Part shown: positions 27,810 to 33,133 of the stretch, in pieces
Position numbering within the stretch: the first letter of the stretch is position 1
Layout of the letters: every line of letters starts with the position of its first letter
From: Candidatus Methylomirabilia bacterium
GTDB taxonomy: Bacteria > Methylomirabilota > Methylomirabilia > Rokubacteriales > CSP1-6
DNA length: 33,133 nt
Assembly: GCA_041496385.1 (NCBI GenBank)
Contig: JBGQEL010000042.1
Location: forward strand, 1-33,133
Reading direction: 5' to 3'
Notes under the pieces: generated by a model
Databases searched by the model: none
Told to the model about the DNA's origin: nothing
What the model saw: only the letters and a program-made list of their open reading frames with translations
Program-made: the position numbers and the translations under genes

Positions 27810-29080
27810 AGCCGGGCCGCCGCGAGTTCCTCAAGCTCGGCGTCGCGGCCACCGCCTCGGCCGCGCTCTTCCCTGCTCGCGCCTTCGCCCAGGGTGGAGT
27901 CGCGCGCGTCGTCGTCGTCGGGGGCGGCTTTGCCGGCGCGAGCTGCGCCCGCGCGCTCCGGCAGGCCGACCCGCGCATCGCCGTCACGCTGGTCGAGGCG
28001 AACCCGACGTTCACCGCCTGCCCGTTCAGCAATGCCGTGATCGGCGGCCTGCGCGAGCTGAGCGCCCAGCAGTTCACGTACGAGCGCGTCGCCGCCGACG
28101 GCATCGCCGTCACCCGCGGGATGGCGACCGCCGTCGACGCCCAGGCGCGGTCGGTCACGCTCGCGGACGGCGCGCGCCTGCCGTACGACCGGCTGGTGCT
28201 GGCGCCCGGCATCGACATCCGCTGGGGCGCCTTGCCGGGCTACGACGAGGCGGCGGCCGCGCAGATGCCGCACGCCTGGAAGGCGGGCGAGCAGACGCTG
28301 CTGCTGAAGCGGCAGCTCGAGGCCATGGACGACGGCGGCCTCGTCGTCATCTCGGCGCCGGCCAATCCGTTCCGCTGCCCGCCCGGGCCCTACGAGCGCG
28401 CCAGCCTCATCGCGCACTTCCTCAAGACGAAGAAGCCGAAATCGAAGCTGATCATTCTCGACGCCAAGGACGCGTTCTCCAAGCAGCGGCTGTTCCAGCA
28501 GGCCTGGACCGAGCTCTACCCGGGACTGATCGAGTGGGTGCCGCTGTCCAAGGGCGGCAACGTGACCTCGGTGGACGCCGCGACCCGCACGCTGGTGACG
28601 GATTTCGGCCGGCACCAGGCGAAGGTGGCCAACGTCATCCCGCCGCAGAAGGCCGGCCGCATCGCCGAGGTCGCCGGCGTCGCCGACAGGACCGGCTGGT
28701 GCCCGATCGATCCGGTCACGTTCGAGTCGAAGCTCCAGGCCGGCATTCACGTCATCGGCGACGCCGCCATCGCCGGCGCGATGCCGAAGTCGGCCTTTGC
28801 GGCGAACTCGCAGGCCAAGACGTGCGCGGCGGCGGTAGCCCGGCTTCTCACGGGCGCGGTACCGTCGGCGCCCAAGCTCATCAACACCTGCTACAGCCTG
28901 GTCGCGCCCGACTATGGGATCTCCGTCGCCGGCGTCTACGCGCCGTTGAACGGACAGCTCGCCGACGTCGCCGGCGCTGGCGGCGTCAGCCCCGCGGAGG
29001 CGCCGCGCGCGACGCGGGCAGCCGAGGCCCTGCTGGCCGAGGCCTGGTTCCGCACGATCACGGGCGAGGTGTTCGGGTGA
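27806..29080 (+). CDS. fccB: Flavocytochrome c sulfide dehydrogenase flavoprotein (FccB/SoxF)
   Basis: Tat 'GRREFLK', GGGFAG, 'ACPFSN', 'PHAWKAG', 'FRCPPGPYER', 'MPKSAFAANSQAK', 'NTCYS'. Confidence 0.93.
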   Translation: MKPGRREFLKLGVAATASAALFPARAFAQGGVARVVVVGGGFAGASCARALRQADPRIAVTLVEANPTFTACPFSNAVIGGLRELSAQQFTYERVAADGIAVTRGMATAVDAQARSVTLADGARLPYDRLVLAPGIDIRWGALPGYDEAAAAQMPHAWKAGEQTLLLKRQLEAMDDGGLVVISAPANPFRCPPGPYERASLIAHFLKTKKPKSKLIILDAKDAFSKQRLFQQAWTELYPGLIEWVPLSKGGNVTSVDAATRTLVTDFGRHQAKVANVIPPQKAGRIAEVAGVADRTGWCPIDPVTFESKLQAGIHVIGDAAIAGAMPKSAFAANSQAKTCAAAVARLLTGAVPSAPKLINTCYSLVAPDYGISVAGVYAPLNGQLADVAGAGGVSPAEAPRATRAAEALLAEAWFRTITGEVFG

Positions 29081-29490
29081 GAGTCGCGGCCGCGATCGTC
29101 GCGGTCTGCTGCGTGGTCGGTGTGGCGGGCGGAGAGGATGCGATGCCGGGCTCGCTCACCGGCGCCAAGGGCGATCCCGCGCGCGGCCGCGCGATCGTCG
29201 TCAACCGCCAGGTCGGCCTCTGCCTGCTCTGTCACAGCGGGCCGTTCCCGGAGGAGCGGTTCCAGGGCGATCTCGCGCCCGATCTCGCGGGCGCCGGCAA
29301 GCGCTGGTCCGAAGGCGAGCTACGGCTCCGGATCGTCGATTCGAGCCGGATCAATGCCGCGACGATCATGCCGGCGTATCATCGAACCGAGGGACTGACC
29401 CGGGTGGCGCCGGCCTGGCGGGGCAAGCCCGTCCTGAGCGCCGAGCAGATCGAGGATGTGGTGGCCTTCTTGACGACGTTGAGGGACTGA
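29077..29490 (+). CDS. soxX: Sulfur oxidation c-type cytochrome SoxX
   Basis: 'GDPARGRAIV', CLLCH, 'GDLAPDL', 'TIMPAY', 'EQIEDVVAFL'; GTGA overlap. Confidence 0.9.
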   Translation: MRVAAAIVAVCCVVGVAGGEDAMPGSLTGAKGDPARGRAIVVNRQVGLCLLCHSGPFPEERFQGDLAPDLAGAGKRWSEGELRLRIVDSSRINAATIMPAYHRTEGLTRVAPAWRGKPVLSAEQIEDVVAFLTTLRD

Positions 29491-29952
29491 ATGAACCGTC
29501 GCGATTTTCTGGTCGCCGCCGGCGGCGCCGCGGCCGGGATGGGTCTCGCGTCCGTGATCACGGTCCGGCCCGCGCACGCGACGCCCGTGGCCATGCAGGA
29601 AGCCATCGCCCGGGTAGTGGGCGCGGCGCGCGTCAACCCGGGCCGGGTGAAGCTCGATCTGCCCCCGCTGGTCGAGAACGGCAACACCGTACCGCTCACG
29701 GTCACCGTCGAGAGCCCGATGACCGCCGCGGACCACGTGCGCGCGATCCACGTGTTCACCGAGAAGAACCCGCAGCCCGAGGTCGCGAGCTTCCGCTTCG
29801 GCCCGCGCGCCGGGCGGGCGCGCGTGGCGACCCGCATCCGGCTGGCCGACACGCAGACCGTGGTCGCGCTCGGCGAGCTGAGCGACGGCTCCTTCTGGTC
29901 CGCCGGCGTGGCCGTCGTGGTCACGCTCGCGGCGTGCCTGGAGGAGGCGTAG
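29491..29952 (+). CDS. soxY: SoxY-family sulfur carrier with a non-canonical C-terminal arm
   Basis: Tat 'NRRDFL', 'PPLVENGNTVP', 'EKNPQP', 'TRIRLA'; ends VTLAACLEEA instead of VTIGGCGG. Confidence 0.88.
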   Translation: MNRRDFLVAAGGAAAGMGLASVITVRPAHATPVAMQEAIARVVGAARVNPGRVKLDLPPLVENGNTVPLTVTVESPMTAADHVRAIHVFTEKNPQPEVASFRFGPRAGRARVATRIRLADTQTVVALGELSDGSFWSAGVAVVVTLAACLEEA

Positions 29953-29954
29953 CC

Positions 29955-30275
29955 GTGGCGAGCGCTCTCATCAACGTGCCCGAGAAGGCGAAGCGCGGCG
30001 AGGTCATCGAGGTCAAGACGCTGATCTCGCACGTGATGGAGACCGGGTACCGTCGCACGCAGGTCGGCACCCGGATTCCGCGCGACATCATCTGGCTGTT
30101 CGTGTGCACCTACAACGGCACGGAGGTCTTCCGCGCCGAGCTCCACCCCGCGATCGCCGCGAATCCGTTCATCGTGTTCTCGACGGTCGCCACCGAGAGC
30201 GGCACGCTGGCGTTCCACTGGACCGGCGACAACGGCTTTTCGGTGACGGAGTCGGCCGCCATTTCCGTCGAGTAA
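29955..30275 (+). CDS. soxZ: Sulfur carrier subunit SoxZ
   Basis: 'VKTLISHVMETGYR', 'AIAANPF', 'WTGDNG'; GGAGG RBS. Confidence 0.9.
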   Translation: MASALINVPEKAKRGEVIEVKTLISHVMETGYRRTQVGTRIPRDIIWLFVCTYNGTEVFRAELHPAIAANPFIVFSTVATESGTLAFHWTGDNGFSVTESAAISVE

Positions 30276-31049
30276 GTGCGGCCCCTCTGGGCCGCCCTGT
30301 CTGTGGTCGCGCTGGCGGCGTCGGCGTTCGCGGGCGAGATCCCGCGCGGCGAACGCCGCTCCGGCTACGACTTCATGAGCCGCGAGACGCGCGCGATGCA
30401 GGACGACGACACCGCGAATCCCGCCATGCTCTGGGTGCTCGAGGGCGAGGCGCTGTGGAACCGGAAGGCGGGCGCCGCCGGCCGCGCCTGCGCCGAGTGT
30501 CACGGGGACGCCCGTACGAGCATGAAGGGCGTGGCCGCGCGCCATCCCGCGTTCGACGCCGCGCGGGGACGGCCCCTCAATCTCGAGCAGCGCATCAACG
30601 TCTGCCGCACCGACCGTCAGAAGGCGCCGCCGCTCGCCTATGAGAGCCGTGAGCTCCTGGCGCTGACCGCCTACGTCGCGCGCCAGTCGCGCGGCCTGGC
30701 GATCGACCCGGCGATCGACCAGCGGACGCAGCCATTCCTCGACGCCGGCCGCGCCACCTTCGGCCGGCGCCAGGGCCAGCTCAACCTGGCCTGCAGCCAG
30801 TGTCACGACGACAACTGGGGACGGCGGCTCGCGGGCAACGTCGTGCCGCAGGCGCACCCGACCGGATACCCGCTCTACCGTCTGGAGTGGCAGGGCCTGG
30901 GCTCGCTCCAGCGACGGCTGCGCAACTGTCTCGTCGGGATCCGCGCGGAGTCCTACGAGTACGGCGCCCCCGAGCTGGTCGATCTCGAGCTGTTCCTGAT
31001 GTGGCGCGCGCGCGGGATGACGATGGAAGCGCCCGCCGTGCGGCCCTGA
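30276..31049 (+). CDS. soxA: Diheme sulfur oxidation cytochrome SoxA
   Basis: CAECH and CSQCH hemes, 'LEQRINVC', 'RRQGQLNL', 'GYPLYRLEW', active-site 'RRLRNC', ends 'PAVRP'. Confidence 0.93.
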   Translation: MRPLWAALSVVALAASAFAGEIPRGERRSGYDFMSRETRAMQDDDTANPAMLWVLEGEALWNRKAGAAGRACAECHGDARTSMKGVAARHPAFDAARGRPLNLEQRINVCRTDRQKAPPLAYESRELLALTAYVARQSRGLAIDPAIDQRTQPFLDAGRATFGRRQGQLNLACSQCHDDNWGRRLAGNVVPQAHPTGYPLYRLEWQGLGSLQRRLRNCLVGIRAESYEYGAPELVDLELFLMWRARGMTMEAPAVRP

Positions 31050-31051
31050 GG

Positions 31052-31933
31052 TCAGGTCTGGAGGTCGCCCACCGCCGTCGACAAGGCCTCGAGCTCCTCG
31101 CGCCATGATGCAGGCGCCGCCACCGGGCGCACGACGAACTTGGAGAAGCCGACGTCGATGAAGCGCTCGAGGCGCTCGCGCAGCGCGGGTAGCCCGACCG
31201 GCGTGAGCTCGAGCGAGCGGGGGCGGCGCGCGGCCATCGTGCGCGCAGTGGCCGGGTCGATGGGCGCGCGGGCGTAGCCGATGCTCATGCCGAAATGCTC
31301 GCGACTGATCGCGCGCCCGGCCCGCGCCGCCGCCTCGTCGATCACCACGCGCCCGAGGGCCGCCTCTTCGGGCGTGCACAAGGACGGCAGCCACCCATCC
31401 GACAGCCGGCCGCAGCGTTCCAGGGCGGCGGGCACCGTGCCGCCCAGCCACACCTCGAGCGGCTGCTGCACCGGGAGAGGCCAGAGCTTGACGTCGCGGA
31501 AGGTGCCGGCGGCCCCATCGTGGCTGACCAGCTCGCCGGCCCAGAGGCGCCGCAGCAGCGGAAGCGCCTCGTCGATGACCGCGCCGCGCCGCTTGGGCTC
31601 GACGCCGATCGCATCGCGCTCCGGCGCGTAGGTGAGCCCGGGCACCAGCGTCACCAGCAGCCGTCCCCGGCACAGCACGTCCAGGCTCGCGAGCTGCTTG
31701 GCCAGCCGCAGCACGTTGCGTCCCGGCAGCAGCATGGTCGTCCCGAGCTTCAGGCGTGGATTGCTCGCGGCCGCCCAGGCGAGGCCCACGACGGGATCGA
31801 GCACGGGGCCCGTCAGCACCTCCGAGAGCCACAGCGAGTCGAACCCCAGCTGATCGAGACCCGTGACGAGCTCGGCGAGCGCCTCGGGCGTCGAGGACGC
31901 GCCGGCGGATCCCACGCCGATGCGGATCTTCAT
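31052..31933 (-). CDS. LLM class flavin-dependent oxidoreductase
   Basis: 'GFDSLWLSE', 'LPGRNVLRLAKQLASLD', 'VWLGG', 'DGWLP'. Confidence 0.85.
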   Translation of the reverse strand: MKIRIGVGSAGASSTPEALAELVTGLDQLGFDSLWLSEVLTGPVLDPVVGLAWAAASNPRLKLGTTMLLPGRNVLRLAKQLASLDVLCRGRLLVTLVPGLTYAPERDAIGVEPKRRGAVIDEALPLLRRLWAGELVSHDGAAGTFRDVKLWPLPVQQPLEVWLGGTVPAALERCGRLSDGWLPSLCTPEEAALGRVVIDEAAARAGRAISREHFGMSIGYARAPIDPATARTMAARRPRSLELTPVGLPALRERLERFIDVGFSKFVVRPVAAPASWREELEALSTAVGDLQT

Positions 31934-32787
31934 CGGGGCTCGTGCACGGTTGCGAGGACCGACGGCAGGGCCGCCAGCACCTCTCCGAGGCACTGGCGAA
32001 TCCGGGCGATGTTCGCGTCGGCCTTTGCGGGGACCTCGCCTCGCTTCACCTGGGCGATGAACTCCTCACCCGTGGTCGTCATCAGCAACGACGCGTTGAT
32101 CTCCAGCTGAATCGCGTGGACGCGCCGGGTCCGGGGCTGACCGTACGTGGCCACGATGTTGCCGCCGGTGTAGCCGCTGACGTTCTTGTGCACCTCGAAG
32201 CCGTGGCGGGTGAAGATCGCGGCCAGGGTCGCCGCGAGCTCGGGCGCGCACGTCGCATCCTCGCGCGTGCCGATGATCACCTGATGATCTTTCATCCGGC
32301 GCGGGCTGCCGGTGTGGCCGTCGAGGAGCATCGCGTACCCGTACGCGTCATGGAGTTCGCCGAGCAGATGCTCGAGGGTCGCGTAGTAGGGATCGTAGAG
32401 CGCCTGCAGGCGCGCCTCGAGGTCGGCGAGGACCAGCGGGCGCGCGAAGATTGGCGCATCGCGCATGGTGTGGGTGCGCACCACCCCGCGCCGGGAGCGC
32501 ACCTCGCCGTCGGTGTGCTCGAAGTCGTCCCGGCGGCGATTGACGTCGACGAACATGCGCGAGAACGGCGTCGCGAGGACGGTGGCCCCGTCCTCGTGCA
32601 GGCCGGCGTAGAGATCGCCCGCGAAGGTGTCGGCAAAGCCGTAGGCGAAGGTCTCGAACCACGGCTCGCAGTAGTCGTCGCGGGTGATGTGGGGCAGGGG
32701 CTGGGTGCCGTAGTGGGGCACGCTCACCAGGACCGGCGTGCGCGTCCCCAGCGCAGGGTGTCTGACGATCGGGAATGGTCGATCCAT
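31930..32787 (-). CDS. N-formylglutamate amidohydrolase family protein
   Basis: 'VLVSVPHYG', 'SRMFVDVNR', 'YDPYY', 'LLDGHT', 'YTGGNI', 'VHAIQLEIN'. Confidence 0.85.
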   Translation of the reverse strand: MDRPFPIVRHPALGTRTPVLVSVPHYGTQPLPHITRDDYCEPWFETFAYGFADTFAGDLYAGLHEDGATVLATPFSRMFVDVNRRRDDFEHTDGEVRSRRGVVRTHTMRDAPIFARPLVLADLEARLQALYDPYYATLEHLLGELHDAYGYAMLLDGHTGSPRRMKDHQVIIGTREDATCAPELAATLAAIFTRHGFEVHKNVSGYTGGNIVATYGQPRTRRVHAIQLEINASLLMTTTGEEFIAQVKRGEVPAKADANIARIRQCLGEVLAALPSVLATVHEPR

Positions 32788-32885
32788 CGGGGTTACCCAC
32801 TCAAGCCTAACATCGAGGCCGCCCTGCGGTATGATCCCGTCGTCGGATGCGATGCGTGCTGGGACGCGATGAAAGGAGCGGCGCC

Positions 32886-33133
32886 ATGAGGACGAAGCGG
32901 GCCCTGTGGTTCAGCGTGGCGGCGGTCGCGATTTCCGTGGTCGGCGCGGGCTCGGTTGTCGATCTGGGCGCCCAGCAGACTCCGAGCGCAGCGGTGGCCA
33001 TCGACAACGACGACATCGGCGGCGTGGTCACGGGACCGAGCGGGCCCGAGGCGGGCGTCTGGGTCATCGCGGAGACGACCGATCTTCCCACCAGATTTTC
33101 TAAGATTGTGGTCACGGACGACCAGGGCCGGTA
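32886..33133 (+). CDS. Secreted carboxypeptidase-regulatory-like domain protein (partial, runs off the window)
   Basis: AAAGGAG RBS; signal peptide, then 'IDNDDIGGVVTGPSGPEAGVWVIAETTDLPTRFSKIVVTDDQGR'. Confidence 0.75.
   Translation, partial: MRTKRALWFSVAAVAISVVGAGSVVDLGAQQTPSAAVAIDNDDIGGVVTGPSGPEAGVWVIAETTDLPTRFSKIVVTDDQGR

Noticed and set aside
27806..31049. Complete thiosulfate-oxidising Sox pathway
   Set aside because: soxB, soxC and soxD are absent from the window and the SoxY arm is non-canonical, so lithotrophy cannot be claimed from this sequence.

Overview
Very GC-rich bacterial window, densely coding, with no rRNA, tRNA, CRISPR array or transposase visible. The gene repertoire and the presence of a TonB receptor and an AsmA-like protein suggest a diderm soil bacterium; Candidatus Rokubacteria is a guess, not established. 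Left to right: (1) a large, repetitive DUF748/AsmA-like envelope protein running off the left edge, missed by the ORF track; (2) an LLM flavin monooxygenase; (3) a divergent Phd/VapB-VapC toxin-antitoxin pair; (4) a polyamine-type ABC importer with a FAD oxidase; (5) an internally deleted SDR; (6) an aromatic/heteroaromatic catabolic run of LigB-type extradiol dioxygenase, CarAa/OxoO-like Rieske oxygenase, ABC importer, SDR, MFS, a deleted and frameshifted TfdA-like dioxygenase and a di-iron MBL protein; (7) histidine phosphatase, DMT transporter and NTF2 protein; (8) a co-directional periplasmic block of TonB-dependent receptor, IorA/IorB-type molybdoenzyme, cytochrome c, FccB/SoxF and soxXYZA; (9) a second LLM enzyme, an N-formylglutamate amidohydrolase-like gene and a partial secreted protein. 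Block 8 is the best candidate for an uncharacterised system: it has no soxB or soxCD, its SoxY has a non-canonical arm, and a Tat-exported xanthine-oxidase-family enzyme is coupled to the Sox genes. Several genes look leaderless and two appear to lack canonical start codons.
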